Assembly: GCA_963767005.1 (NCBI GenBank)
Contig: CAVYCN010000004.1
Span: forward strand, 224,001-288,000
DNA length: 64,000 nt
Direction of reading: 5' to 3'
Origin: an uncultured Actinomycetes bacterium
Lineage (GTDB): Bacteria > Actinomycetota > Thermoleophilia > UBA2241
The notes under the pieces were generated by a model. The model saw only the letters and a list, made by a program, of their open reading frames with translations. It had not been told where the DNA came from and ran no database searches. The number at the start of each line of letters is the position of its first letter. The stretch's first letter is position 1. Shown piece after piece: positions 1 through 9,603 of this stretch. The position numbers and the translations under genes are program-made.

Positions 1-176
1 CGCTCTTCCTGGTGACCACCGGTCGTCTGGACTGGCTCACCTGGCTGGGCCGGTTCATGGTGCCGACACTGCTCGGCAACACGCTCGGCGGGGTCGCCTT
101 CGTGGCTGCCCTGAACCACGCCCAGGTCACCGCTGGGCGGCGACGACGGGCGACCCGCGACTCCGGGGAGTCGTGA
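1..176 (+). CDS. Formate/nitrite transporter family (YfdC-like), 3' end only
   Basis: Frame 3 reads ...FMVPTLLGNTLGGVAFVAALNHAQV..., the typical FNT C-terminal GNxxGG motif; TGA at 174-176. Confidence 0.7.
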   Translation, partial: LFLVTTGRLDWLTWLGRFMVPTLLGNTLGGVAFVAALNHAQVTAGRRRRATRDSGES

Positions 177-232
177 CGCGGCGCCCTGCCGGGTAGAAGA
201 CCGGACGTCCGGGACGACGAAGGGAAGGTCGG

Positions 233-544
233 GTGAGCGACGTGACGGGCGGCAAGCGGCGGGACGGGGTGACGGTGCGCGACGAGCCGGCAAGCGCGCG
301 CTACGAGCTCTTCGTGGACGGGGAGCTCGCCGGTTTTGCGACCTATTGTCGCGAGAACGGCGTCATGACGATCCCGCACACCGAGGTCGAGCTGCGCTTC
401 GAGGGCCGCGGGCTGGGCGCGCGTCTGGCGCGCTTCGCGCTCGACGACGCGCGCCGCCACGGCTGGCGTGTCGTGCCGCGCTGCCCGTTCGTGGCGTCGT
501 ACATCGAGCGCCATCCCGAGTACGCCGACCTCGTGGCCGGTTGA
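233..544 (+). CDS. Small GNAT acetyltransferase (Acetyltransf_CG/YjdJ type)
   Basis: HTEV...FEGRGLG...VVPRCPFVASYIERHPEY motifs. Confidence 0.9.
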   Translation: MSDVTGGKRRDGVTVRDEPASARYELFVDGELAGFATYCRENGVMTIPHTEVELRFEGRGLGARLARFALDDARRHGWRVVPRCPFVASYIERHPEYADLVAG

Positions 545-578
545 GGCCGCGCCACTCCTCGCGGCCGGCAGCGGCCGG

Positions 579-1496
579 TCAGGCCGCCCGCGGCGTGGAC
601 GGGCGGCGCTCGAGGCCGGCGCGGTCCCAGCCGGCGAGGCGCGCGCCGGCGGCGTAGGCCGACTCGCAGAAGTCGAGCAGCAAGGCGGCCGGATCGGCCG
701 CGCTCCGCACGGTCTCGTAGGGCAGGACGAACTCGCCGACCTCGTCGCTCCAGCCAGCGCCCGGCGGTGAGACGGAGGCCGCCTCGAGGCCCGGCGGCTT
801 GGGGTACGTGTAGGCGAAGAACACGGGCGCCGGCGAGGTCTCGTCGCCCGGCCAGAAACCGACCAGCGACTGCTCGGCGCCCATGGCGACCCGTTCGATC
901 TGGCCGCTGTCGAACGGCGGGCTGGCCGGTCGGCCCGAGAAGCGCGTGACCGAGAGATCGAACGTGCCCCACCACAGCCAGACCGGCGTCTGCTTGCCGC
1001 GGAAGCCCGAGCGGTAGCGGTCGAAGACGGCCGCCACCCGCATCCAGGTCTGGTGCAGGGCGCCGGCGCAGCGCTGATCGTAGGCGCGGGGTGTGGCGTC
1101 GGTCGACAGCGGCACCGGGGTGCGTGTTTCGACCGAGGTCGGCTCCACCGCGACGTGCGCGCCGAGCTCACCGAGGGTGCGCAGGACATCGGCGTAGAAC
1201 CGCGCGATCGGGCCCGGCGCGAGCGCCACCGCGCGTCGTTCGCCGGCGCTCGACTCGACCTGCAGCTCGTGGTCGACGAGGTCAAGGCGCAGGGACAGGC
1301 CGCGATCGTCGGGCCAGAGCAGCTGGCTCTCCAGGCCGCGCGCCGTCACGCGCAGGGGCGCCTGCGCCCACTCGGCCTGCGAGGGGGTGAGGGCGAGCTG
1401 TACCTTGCCGATCACCTGCGTCATGAGGTGGAGCGTGGTGAGAGTGTCGCGGCAGGCCGCCGCGTCGAGGTCGGGCCACCTCGTCTGCTGCGCCAT
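579..1496 (-). CDS. DUF5996-like protein
   Basis: TLHLMTQVIGKV, FRGKQTPVWLWWGTFDLSVTRFSGRPA, GFWPG, FFAYTYP motifs; ATG 1496 preceded by AGGAGG. Confidence 0.75.
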   Translation of the reverse strand: MAQQTRWPDLDAAACRDTLTTLHLMTQVIGKVQLALTPSQAEWAQAPLRVTARGLESQLLWPDDRGLSLRLDLVDHELQVESSAGERRAVALAPGPIARFYADVLRTLGELGAHVAVEPTSVETRTPVPLSTDATPRAYDQRCAGALHQTWMRVAAVFDRYRSGFRGKQTPVWLWWGTFDLSVTRFSGRPASPPFDSGQIERVAMGAEQSLVGFWPGDETSPAPVFFAYTYPKPPGLEAASVSPPGAGWSDEVGEFVLPYETVRSAADPAALLLDFCESAYAAGARLAGWDRAGLERRPSTPRAA

Positions 1497-1630
1497 GAGG
1501 GCCTCCTTCGGACCGGGCCTTTGCGCGAAGGCCGCGTCGGACGCGCTTTGCGGGTAGAACCTCCTGGAAGCTACCCCGGCGCGGCGGGCGGCAAGCCGCC
1601 GCGTCACGGATCGGAAGAGGTGGTGGGTAC

Positions 1631-2098
1631 ATGACGGGATTCGAGAAGCCAAGCGACGAGGAGCTGCGCGGCCGGCTCACCCCGCGGCAGTATCAAGTCA
1701 CGCAGCACGAGGGCACCGAACCGGCCTTCGACAACGAGTACTGGGATGAGCACCGCGACGGCATCTACGTTGACGTCGTCTCCGGCGAGCCCCTGTTCAG
1801 CTCGCGCGACAAGTACGACTCGGGCACCGGCTGGCCGAGCTTCACCCGACCGATCGACCAGGCCGCGGTCGAGACGAAGCGCGACTTCAAGGTCCTCGTA
1901 CCGCGCACCGAGGCGCACAGCACGAGCAGCGGCGCGCACCTGGGTCACGTCTTCGAGGACGGCCCGGCGCCGACCGGCACGCGTTACTGTATGAACTCGG
2001 CTGCGCTGCGCTTCGTGCCCCGCGAGCGCATGGCGGCGGAGGGCTACGGGCGCTATCTCGGCCTGTTCGACGAGGCCGCGGCCGCCAGCGGCGGCTGA
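1631..2098 (+). CDS. msrB: Peptide-methionine (R)-S-oxide reductase
   Basis: [33 protein letters not shown]. Confidence 0.97.
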   Translation: MTGFEKPSDEELRGRLTPRQYQVTQHEGTEPAFDNEYWDEHRDGIYVDVVSGEPLFSSRDKYDSGTGWPSFTRPIDQAAVETKRDFKVLVPRTEAHSTSSGAHLGHVFEDGPAPTGTRYCMNSAALRFVPRERMAAEGYGRYLGLFDEAAAASGG

Positions 2099-2116
2099 GC
2101 GACCGGAAGGACCCCC

Positions 2117-2190
2117 AAAAGGGGACGAGCCCCGCGGGGGACGGGGCTCGTCGAAGGGCTTGGGGTCGCCCTTGAGGGGGGTCGCCCGTA
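2117..2190 (-). ncRNA. Candidate small RNA with C-rich hairpin loops (6C-like)
   Basis: Minus strand: hairpin aagggc-gaccccaa-gccctt, then an 11-bp stem gacgagccccg/cggggctcgtc with a CCCCC loop, then ccctttt; GATACT -10-like element at 2191-2196. Confidence 0.4.
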
Positions 2191-2207
2191 AGTATCGGCG
2201 CAGTCGT

Positions 2208-2244
2208 TTAAGTCTGTGTTAAGCCGGGGCGAAGGCGGGTTAAG
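2208..2244. promoter_or_regulatory. Direct TTAAG repeats at 10-11-bp spacing (response-regulator-like boxes)
   Basis: ttaag at 2208, 2219, 2240 and degenerate cgaag at 2230. Confidence 0.35.
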
Positions 2245-2262
2245 GCTGCCGGTCGACTCGTC

Positions 2263-2357
2263 GCCGCGCAGGCAGGAGCGACATCGTCGCGCGCCTCGTC
2301 CGTCGAAGGACTTCGTCGTCGCCGCTCAGGCAGGCGTGACTTCGTCGCGCGCCTGGT
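2263..2357. repeat. Dispersed hairpin repeat, two tandem copies
   Basis: cgctcaggcaggcgtgacttcgtcgcgcgcctggt at 2323-2357 and a degenerate copy at ~2263-2300; also present at 28753 and 44869. Confidence 0.7.
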
Positions 2358-3574
2358 CAGCCCTGGCCTTTAGGCAGCAGCGGCTCGTCCGGCGGCGAGA
2401 CCTGTGGCACCTGGCTGCGCAGCTCGATCAGCTTCTGGCGCAGCTCGCCCTGGAGCTGGACGATCTCGCCCTCGGCCTGCAGGCGGCGCTGCCGGCCCTC
2501 GTCCTGGATGCGGATCGTCTCCTCGAGGGTCGCGATCAGCTCGGTGTTGACCTTGCGCAGCGTCTCGACCTCGACGACCCCGCGTTCGACCTCGCGGCCG
2601 ACCTTGGCCTGGCCCTCGCGCAGCAGCTCGGCGTTCTTGGCGAGCAGCTCGTTGGTCGTCTCGGCGACCTGGTGCTGCAGGGCGAGCGCCTTCTGCTGGC
2701 GGTACAGGCTGATGGCGATCACGATCTGATTCTTCCAGAGCGGCACGGTGGTAAGAATGGAGCTCTGGATCTTCTCGACCAGGTCGTGATCGGCACCCTG
2801 GATGAGGCGGATCTGGGGGGCCGTCTGCACCGCGATCGTGCGCGTGAGCCGCAGGTCGTGGAGGCGCCGTTCGAAACGGGTCACCGCCTGCTGGAAGTCG
2901 GCCAGGCGTTGGGCGGCCATGGGGTCGTCCGAGGTGCGCGCCTCGACCTCGAGCGCGGGCAGCCGCGTGGTGTTGAGCTCCTCGAGGACCTGCTCGCCGG
3001 CCGCGATGTAGACGTCGAGCTGCTTCAGATACTCGAGGTTGAGCTCGTACATCTTGTCGAGCACCGTGATGTCCTTGAGCAGCCCCATGCGCGAGCGCTC
3101 GAGGGCGTCGACGATGCGGTCGATGCTGCCGGCCACCTTCTGGTACTTGGCGGCGAAGCGGTTGAAGACGTTGCCGAAGCGCCCGACGATCGGGATGTGC
3201 GGCTTGCCCGACGGGCTCAGGGCGTCGATGTCGAGCTCGCGCACCTTCTTGAGCAGGTCGTTCAACGCCACGCCGCCGGCGCCGGCGTCCTTGTTGCGCA
3301 CGTCGCCGAGCAGCGAGTCGGCGAACGTGGCGATGCGGCTCTGGGCCGGCAGACCGTACGAGATCACGGCCGCCGAGTCGCGGACGTCGACCCCGTGGGC
3401 GATCTCGGCCGCCTTCGCCAGGTCGGTCGGGCTCAGCGGTCCGGCGACCGGTCCGCCCGGCGTCGGTCCAGCGCCGGCCGCGGGGGGCGACGGCACCGCC
3501 GGCACCGACAGCGCGCCGGGCGCCTCGACGGACGGTTCGCGCCTGGTCGGGTCGTGCTCGAGCTCGTCGGTCAT
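2357..3574 (-). CDS. telA: Toxic anion resistance protein TelA family
   Basis: ERRLHDL.LTRTIAVQTAPQIRLIQ..D..LVEKIQSSILTTVPLWKNQ; ETTNELL; IEETIRIQDEG-like segment. Confidence 0.92.
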   Translation of the reverse strand: MTDELEHDPTRREPSVEAPGALSVPAVPSPPAAGAGPTPGGPVAGPLSPTDLAKAAEIAHGVDVRDSAAVISYGLPAQSRIATFADSLLGDVRNKDAGAGGVALNDLLKKVRELDIDALSPSGKPHIPIVGRFGNVFNRFAAKYQKVAGSIDRIVDALERSRMGLLKDITVLDKMYELNLEYLKQLDVYIAAGEQVLEELNTTRLPALEVEARTSDDPMAAQRLADFQQAVTRFERRLHDLRLTRTIAVQTAPQIRLIQGADHDLVEKIQSSILTTVPLWKNQIVIAISLYRQQKALALQHQVAETTNELLAKNAELLREGQAKVGREVERGVVEVETLRKVNTELIATLEETIRIQDEGRQRRLQAEGEIVQLQGELRQKLIELRSQVPQVSPPDEPLLPKGQG

Positions 3575-3584
3575 CAGCGTCTCC

Positions 3585-4571
3585 TTACGTGTCGAGGCCG
3601 CCGGCCTGGCTGTAGTAGTCGTCCATGCGGACCGTCTTCTCGAGCAGCTCGATCTCGCTCTCGAGGTCGAGCACGCGGTCCTCGAGGACGCTCCCGAGCT
3701 GCCCGTCGAAGGCGGTCTGCACGCTGTCGAGCGACGCCTCGGCGCGGCTCAGCGCGGCGGCGACGTCGGGCGACGTCGTGGGCCGCGCGGCGAGCTGTGC
3801 GTAGCCGTCGACGATACGGCGCGCCGCCTCGAGGTAGTAGGTCAGAAAGCCACGTGCCGCGCCGACCTTGGCCGGCCGCGCCACGAGCTCGTTCAGGATG
3901 TCGTCGGCGCAGGCGCAGAGGTGCACGATCTTGTCCTGCACGGCGCGTTTGCCGATCGCGCCGGCCGTCGCGCGGATGGCGTCGACCTCGCGGCGGGCGG
4001 CCTCGATCACCTCGGCCGCCGCCCCGTCGACGTCGTGCGACAGGACGGGACGCTCGGCGGGCGGCAGCAGGCGCGGGTCCTGCGGCGGCGCCGGAACCGA
4101 GCGGCGCGGCGCGTCGCCGAACATGACCGCGCGGTAGTAGGGCCGGATGTAGAGGGCGTGCGCGACCGACACGGCCGACACGAAGACCTGCAGCGCCGCG
4201 AAGCCCAGGAAGAACGACGAATGGATGGCGGCGATGGTGAGGATGAGCGGCACGAGGTAGGCGAAGCCGGCGATCGTCCAGGCCGCGTGGCGCGCGCGGA
4301 TGCCGACGTACACGAAGGCGAGCCAGTTGAAGAAGCCCAGGGTGAAAGTCCAGCCGATCCACAGCGAGTGGCGCCACCAGAAGCGCAGGCGGGCCTTGCC
4401 CGGCGAGAACGGCGCGTACTCGCCCTCGTAGGGCACGACCCCGAGCGACGCGCTCGGCTTGAGCTGCTGCACGTCGCGCACGGCCGTGGCCGGGTGACCG
4501 TTCTCGCAGGCGCCGTAGGGCGTGAGCCACACCCAGCGGTCGCAGACTTCGCAGAATCCTCCGAGCGGCAT
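3585..4571 (-). CDS. XpaC-like protein with N-terminal CxxC/C-x-H motif and TM helices
   Basis: C-terminal ARGFLTYYL...ARRIVDGY...DLESEIELLEKT; lies directly upstream of telA, the usual pairing. Confidence 0.8.
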   Translation of the reverse strand: MPLGGFCEVCDRWVWLTPYGACENGHPATAVRDVQQLKPSASLGVVPYEGEYAPFSPGKARLRFWWRHSLWIGWTFTLGFFNWLAFVYVGIRARHAAWTIAGFAYLVPLILTIAAIHSSFFLGFAALQVFVSAVSVAHALYIRPYYRAVMFGDAPRRSVPAPPQDPRLLPPAERPVLSHDVDGAAAEVIEAARREVDAIRATAGAIGKRAVQDKIVHLCACADDILNELVARPAKVGAARGFLTYYLEAARRIVDGYAQLAARPTTSPDVAAALSRAEASLDSVQTAFDGQLGSVLEDRVLDLESEIELLEKTVRMDDYYSQAGGLDT

Positions 4572-4832
4572 GTCGTCTCGTCCGTCGTCGCGTAGGGCGG
4601 CGGCCGGCGCGGCGCGCCGGCCGCCGCCCACCCGCTCATTAGCATAGCCCCAGCCCGCGCCTCGTACACTTTCCGGGGCATGGCGACGGCGGGCCTTGGG
4701 CCGGCGCGCACGACGACGGGGGGCGAGGCGCTCGACCCCGGCGAGCGGCCGTCGCACTCGGCCCCGGCGAACGACCGGAAGAGCTCGTCGTCCGCGCGTG
4801 ACGGACGACCGGCGGGCGACTAGCATAGCGTC

Positions 4833-5567
4833 ATGGACAGCGGTGACGAGGTCGCCCGGCAGCTCGTCGACGCGTTGAGCGAGGCGCTCGAGCGCGGCGA
4901 CGCCGCGGGCATCGACTACGCCCGCGAGGAGCTCGAGGACTTCATCGACGAGACCGACGACGCGACGCCGGTGGCGGTCCTCGTCGCGCTCCTCGACCTG
5001 CCCCTCGAGGCGGGCACCCTGACACTGGTCGACGCCGTGTCGGCCAGGCTGCGGCGCCGCGGCCGCGCCGTGATCGAGCCGCTCCTCGACGCCGTGGCCG
5101 GCGAGGCGCCGCCGTCGCTGACGCTCCGCGACCTGGTGTCGGTGGCCGGCGCCGTGGGCGCGCTGCTCGAAGCGGTCACGCGGCGCCCGGGGCTGCCGCC
5201 GGCCATGGAGAACGCGCTGTCGGTCCTGGCCGCGCTCGATCGCGACGTGCTCGTGGACGGGCTGATCGACGCGCTCGAGGGGTCGGCCGACGAGCAGGTG
5301 AAAGAGGTCGCCGCGGCGCTGCTCCTCGATGTCGGCGAGCCGGCCGTCGGCCGGCTCGAAGCGAGCCTGGAGCGCCGCGGCGGGACCGACCCCTGGATGG
5401 TCGACGTCCTCGTCGACCTCAGGGAGCGGCGCACGCTCGGCGCCGGCGAGGCCGGCGCGCCGGCCGGCGCCGACGACATCGAGCGCGAGCTCGCCGACTA
5501 CCTGGAGCGGCGCGGGCGCGAAAGCGGGGAGAGCCCGTCCTCGCCGGACGGAGCCGGGCGCCGCTAG
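4833..5567 (+). CDS. Hypothetical acidic alpha-helical (HEAT-like) protein, leaderless
   Basis: VKEVAAALLLDVGEPAVGRL resembles a HEAT/PBS repeat; TAGCAT 6 nt before ATG. Confidence 0.55.
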   Translation: MDSGDEVARQLVDALSEALERGDAAGIDYAREELEDFIDETDDATPVAVLVALLDLPLEAGTLTLVDAVSARLRRRGRAVIEPLLDAVAGEAPPSLTLRDLVSVAGAVGALLEAVTRRPGLPPAMENALSVLAALDRDVLVDGLIDALEGSADEQVKEVAAALLLDVGEPAVGRLEASLERRGGTDPWMVDVLVDLRERRTLGAGEAGAPAGADDIERELADYLERRGRESGESPSSPDGAGRR

Positions 5568-5644
5568 CCGGTTTTCAAGGACGGCGACCCCCCGTCCGAT
5601 ATCTGCCTACGGTATCCATCGTCTGGGAGAGCGGGAGGTCATCC

Positions 5645-6313
5645 ATGGCTTCGTGTGCCGTCTGTGGCACCGGCGTGCGCGACGGCGCGACGCACTGCAC
5701 GACCTGCGGCACGCCGACCGGCTTCACGCTGGCGCCGCCCGATGCCGGGCTGCCGCCGGCGCCGGTCGTCTCACCGCCCTCGCCGTTCGAGGACCACGAG
5801 CGCTGGCTCGACCCGGCGCCGGCCATGCCCGCGGGCGAGAGCTGGGCGCCGGCGACGGCGCAGTCCCCCCGCCAGCCGGCCACACGGGCGCCGCGCTCGA
5901 AGACGAACATCATCGTACTGGTCGTGCTCGCGGCGGCGGTCGTCGCCGTGCTCGCCGTCGTCGCCGTGCCGCGCCTCTTCCCGTCCTTCGACCCCCAGAA
6001 GTTCGTCGGTGCGTGGACCTACGCCAGCGACTCCACGAGCGGCGTGACGATCACCCGCGACGGCAAGGACTTCACCCTCGATCTCGTGGGCTCGACCGGC
6101 TCTCATCAGACGCTGCCGGGGGTGCTCAAGGGCAAGCAGCTCGAGATCGACTACGGGCGGCTGGGGCCGCAGGGCGCGGTCGTCAAGAAGTTGAGCGAGA
6201 AGATCGGCGTGGACCTGTCGTTCACCTATCGAGCGAGCGACGACCGTCTCCTGCTCACCGGCTCGAACCCCGAGCAGGGCTCGTTCACGCTCGTCCTCAA
6301 GCGTTCCTCGTGA
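5645..6313 (+). CDS. Zinc-ribbon single-pass membrane protein
   Basis: CAVCG...HCTTCG, Pro-rich linker, one TM segment, extracytoplasmic domain; GGAGG RBS. Confidence 0.75.
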   Translation: MASCAVCGTGVRDGATHCTTCGTPTGFTLAPPDAGLPPAPVVSPPSPFEDHERWLDPAPAMPAGESWAPATAQSPRQPATRAPRSKTNIIVLVVLAAAVVAVLAVVAVPRLFPSFDPQKFVGAWTYASDSTSGVTITRDGKDFTLDLVGSTGSHQTLPGVLKGKQLEIDYGRLGPQGAVVKKLSEKIGVDLSFTYRASDDRLLLTGSNPEQGSFTLVLKRSS

Positions 6314-6457
6314 CGGTGGCGAGGGTGGGAGCGAGCGCGTACACTTAACAGCAAGTTCGCGAGTCGTTCACGCCGTCTTTCGACTCCTCTGCCACCATTG
6401 GTGCGAGACGGCGTGCCGTACACCATCCAGGAGGTTCGTCTTTTGAGTCCTACACGC

Positions 6458-6637
6458 ATGTTCGCCTGCCTGTCGTGCGGGCAGCAGTTCGAGATCTCCC
6501 GCGTCGTCGCCGACAGCGCGGTGAGCATGACGCTGTGCCCCGCCTGCGGCGGCCACGAGGTCGAGACGCTGGGCGACGCAAGCCGGCCGGCGAGCGGCCC
6601 GACCGGCGACGAGGCAGCCGCGGCGCACGTCGCCTGA
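6458..6637 (+). CDS. FmdB-like zinc-ribbon protein
   Basis: MFACLSCGQQFE...CPACGGHEVE; start uncertain (6398 or 6458). Confidence 0.6.
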   Translation: MFACLSCGQQFEISRVVADSAVSMTLCPACGGHEVETLGDASRPASGPTGDEAAAAHVA

Positions 6638-6706
6638 CCGCGGCGCAGATCGCCTGATCTCGACGCCGGCACACGCTGCCTGACCGCGGCGCCGGCGTCG
6701 CGGAGG

Positions 6707-7468
6707 TCAGGAACCCCACAACGTCGGCTGCGAGCCCGGCTCGCCGGTGGCGTGGCGCGCCGCCGCGAGCGCGGCAGGCTCCCCGTCCCAGAGGCGCCCG
6801 TCGAGCGTGCTGCCGAGGGCGCCCTGCACGCGCCCGCCCCACCCCTTGAACGTGAACGGCACACCGGCCGCGCGGCAGCGGTCGCGCAGGCCGCGCAGCC
6901 ACTCGACGCGCGGCGGCCGGCGCGACGGCCCCGACTCGCCGCCGGCGATGACCCAGCCGACGCCCGAGAGGTCGAGCCCGTCGAGCGGCCCGAGCAGCGG
7001 CTCCGCGCTCACGTGCCGCAGCGCCGCCGGCACGGCGCGCAGCGCGTCGAGGCGCCGCGCCGTCGCCATCTCCTCGACCGTCACACCCATGTGCACGTTG
7101 GCCGGCCACGGCAGGTCGCCGGCCAGGGCCAGCAGGCGCCGCTCACGCTTGGTGAGGACGTGGAAGACGTGCCGCGGCGACCGCTCCATGACGTCGAACA
7201 CGCGGCGCACGTACTCGTCGGGGACGTCTTCGTGGAAGAGGTCGCCCATCGACGTCACGAACACGTGCCGCGGCGCGCGCCAGTGCAGCGGCAACTCGAG
7301 GCGCTCGGGCCGCAGCATGAGCGCGAAGCCGCGCTCGTAGGGGTGACCGGGGATGCCGCGCCAGCGCTCGGCGAAGCGCTCCGCGTAGCAGTGGGCGCAG
7401 CCGGCCGAGACGTGCGTGCAGCCGGTCACGGGGTTCCATGACTCCCAGGGAAGGGCGACGGCGCACAT
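6707..7468 (-). CDS. DUF5131 (phage Gp37/Gp68) three-Cys radical-SAM-like protein
   Basis: WNPVTGCTHVSAGCAHCYA, SMGDLFH, LTKR, SAEPLLGP, WVIAGGESG. Confidence 0.9.
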   Translation of the reverse strand: MCAVALPWESWNPVTGCTHVSAGCAHCYAERFAERWRGIPGHPYERGFALMLRPERLELPLHWRAPRHVFVTSMGDLFHEDVPDEYVRRVFDVMERSPRHVFHVLTKRERRLLALAGDLPWPANVHMGVTVEEMATARRLDALRAVPAALRHVSAEPLLGPLDGLDLSGVGWVIAGGESGPSRRPPRVEWLRGLRDRCRAAGVPFTFKGWGGRVQGALGSTLDGRLWDGEPAALAAARHATGEPGSQPTLWGS

Positions 7469-7552
7469 GACGCTCCCAGTGTAGCGCGGCCGGGGACCGC
7501 GCGGCACGGCGGGCGGCGGGGACTCGTGTCCCCGCCGCCCGCCGTGCCGCGC

Positions 7553-8215
7553 CTACGCGCCGCCCGCCCGCTTGCGCAGGCGCTCGACGAGCTCGCGGAC
7601 AGCGGCGGCGACCACGTCGGCGCCGTGCGCGTTCAGGTGCACGCCGTCGAGTGTGAAGCCGCCGCCGTCCGGACTGGCCTGGCCGGCCGCCGCGAAGGCC
7701 GGCGCCAGGTCGAGCACCAGCGTGCGCGGCGCTCGCGCTGCCGCGGCCGCCGCGACCATCGCCGCGATGGCGGCCACGCGTTCGGCCACCTCTCCTTCGA
7801 AGGGGTCGGGCAGCACCGGCGGCACGCAGACGGCGAGCGGGCCGGCGGCCAGCGCGAGGTCGAGGATCGCGTCGTAGCCGGGCCGCAGCCGCCGTGCGTC
7901 GTACGCGCCGGCGCCGGCCGCGCCGACCGCCTCGTCGTCGGGCGCCGCGCCCGTCGCCCACAGCTCGCGGTCGTCGACGAGCGGCGGCAGGTACCAGTCG
8001 CCCAGGAACGCGTCGTTGGTACCGATCCACAGGACCGCGGCGTCGGCCGGCGGCACGCCGCCGGCACGCAGGCGCGCGAGCAACGCGGGGACGGTGTCGC
8101 CGGCCCGTCCGAGGTTGAGGAGCTCGTCACCGGGCAGCAGCCGGGCGAGGCGGCGCAGGAACGACTCGCCCGGACGGCCCTCGGTCAGGCTGTCGCCCAG
8201 GAACGCGAGCCTCAC
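7553..8215 (-). CDS. SGNH/GDSL hydrolase
   Basis: GDSLTEG, GTND, DGVHLN; GTG start overlaps the MFS stop. Confidence 0.9.
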   Translation of the reverse strand: MRLAFLGDSLTEGRPGESFLRRLARLLPGDELLNLGRAGDTVPALLARLRAGGVPPADAAVLWIGTNDAFLGDWYLPPLVDDRELWATGAAPDDEAVGAAGAGAYDARRLRPGYDAILDLALAAGPLAVCVPPVLPDPFEGEVAERVAAIAAMVAAAAAARAPRTLVLDLAPAFAAAGQASPDGGGFTLDGVHLNAHGADVVAAAVRELVERLRKRAGGA

Positions 8216-9465
8216 GGCGCTGCCTCCTCGGGCGAGAACGTGGCGGGCGATGGACCTCGCAGGCTCCAGACGTCCCTGACGAACAGCACCCAGACCGAGA
8301 AAGCGAGGCCCACCGCGCCCGACAGCCAGAGTGCCGACGTGATGCCGACGAGCTGGGCGATCGGCCCGGCGAGCACGAGGCCGAGCGGCCAGAGGCCGGT
8401 CGACGTCATCCAGTCCCAGCTGCTCACGCGCGCCATCGACTCGGGGGCGATCAGGCGCTGCAGGGTGGCGTCCCAGACGGCGGTGAGCAGGCCGATGGCG
8501 ACGCCGCGCAGGAACCAGACCGCCATGAGCTCGGCCGGCGAGAGATGGAGCGCGAGGGCGACCATGGGCACCGAGGCCGTCGTGCCGCAGAGGGCGACGA
8601 CGACCATGGGGCGCGCCGGCCGGTAGTACAGGGCGACGACGCCGCCGGCCAGCATGCCCAGGCTGAAGAGGCCGACGAGCAGGCCCCACACGGTGGAGCT
8701 GTGGAAGCGAGCGTTCACCTCGAGCGGACCGAGGATCTGCAGCGGGGCGATCGTCGCGAACAGCACGAGCATGGCGCGCAGCATCATGACCCAAAGCCAG
8801 CGCCGCGAGCGCACCTCGTGCCAGCCGTGACGCAGCTCGGCGCCGAACGACTGCACGGCGCGGGTGCGAAGCAGCGCGGGGACGCGCAGGCTGAGCAGGA
8901 AGACCACGCTGACGAGGAAGGTCGCGGCGTCGATGGCGAGCGTGCCGCCCGTGCCGATCAGGCCGACGAGCAGGCCCGAGATCGACGGCCCCACGAACCA
9001 GCCGAAGCCGTCGGCCATGCCGCGCAGGGCGTTGGCCTCTTGCAGGCGCTCCTCCGGCACGATCTGCTGGATGAGCGCGGTGTAGGCCGGAAAGAAGAAC
9101 GCGTCGCCGCAGCCGTAGGCGAAGCCGAGCACGGCGAGGCTCCAGACGTGGGCGTGACCCGCAAGGAGCAGGCCGGCGATCAGCCCGAGCGTGACCAGAC
9201 GCACCAGGTCCGAGGCGATCATGACGAGCTCGCGCCGCAGCCGGTCGGCCCACACGCCGCCGATCAGGGTGAACAGCACGAGCGGGAGCGAGAAGGCGGC
9301 CAGCACGAGGCCGAGAGCGCTGGCCGAGGCGTGGAGGTCCTCGAGGACCGCCCAGGTGAGGGCGACCGGGAAGAGCCCGTCGCCGAGCAGCGAGGCGGCC
9401 TCGCCGAGGAACAGGTTGCGGAAGTTGCGCAGGCGGAGCACGTCGAGGCGCGCGGGCAGGCTCAT
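8212..9465 (-). CDS. MFS transporter (DHA3-like), leaderless
   Basis: About 12 TM segments, GGVWADRLRR motif A; TAGACT 6 nt before ATG. Confidence 0.92.
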   Translation of the reverse strand: MSLPARLDVLRLRNFRNLFLGEAASLLGDGLFPVALTWAVLEDLHASASALGLVLAAFSLPLVLFTLIGGVWADRLRRELVMIASDLVRLVTLGLIAGLLLAGHAHVWSLAVLGFAYGCGDAFFFPAYTALIQQIVPEERLQEANALRGMADGFGWFVGPSISGLLVGLIGTGGTLAIDAATFLVSVVFLLSLRVPALLRTRAVQSFGAELRHGWHEVRSRRWLWVMMLRAMLVLFATIAPLQILGPLEVNARFHSSTVWGLLVGLFSLGMLAGGVVALYYRPARPMVVVALCGTTASVPMVALALHLSPAELMAVWFLRGVAIGLLTAVWDATLQRLIAPESMARVSSWDWMTSTGLWPLGLVLAGPIAQLVGITSALWLSGAVGLAFSVWVLFVRDVWSLRGPSPATFSPEEAAP

Positions 9466-9603
9466 GGCGGGAGTCTATCGGATACCAGGCCGGGCCCATC
9501 AGGGTGCCGGCGCCGGGGCACGTGGCCGCCGTTGCGTCGCCTGCGCGCCGCGGCGACCGCCGCCGCCGCGTCGCCCGCGGGCCGAGCGGCGCCGCGCAGC
9601 CGG

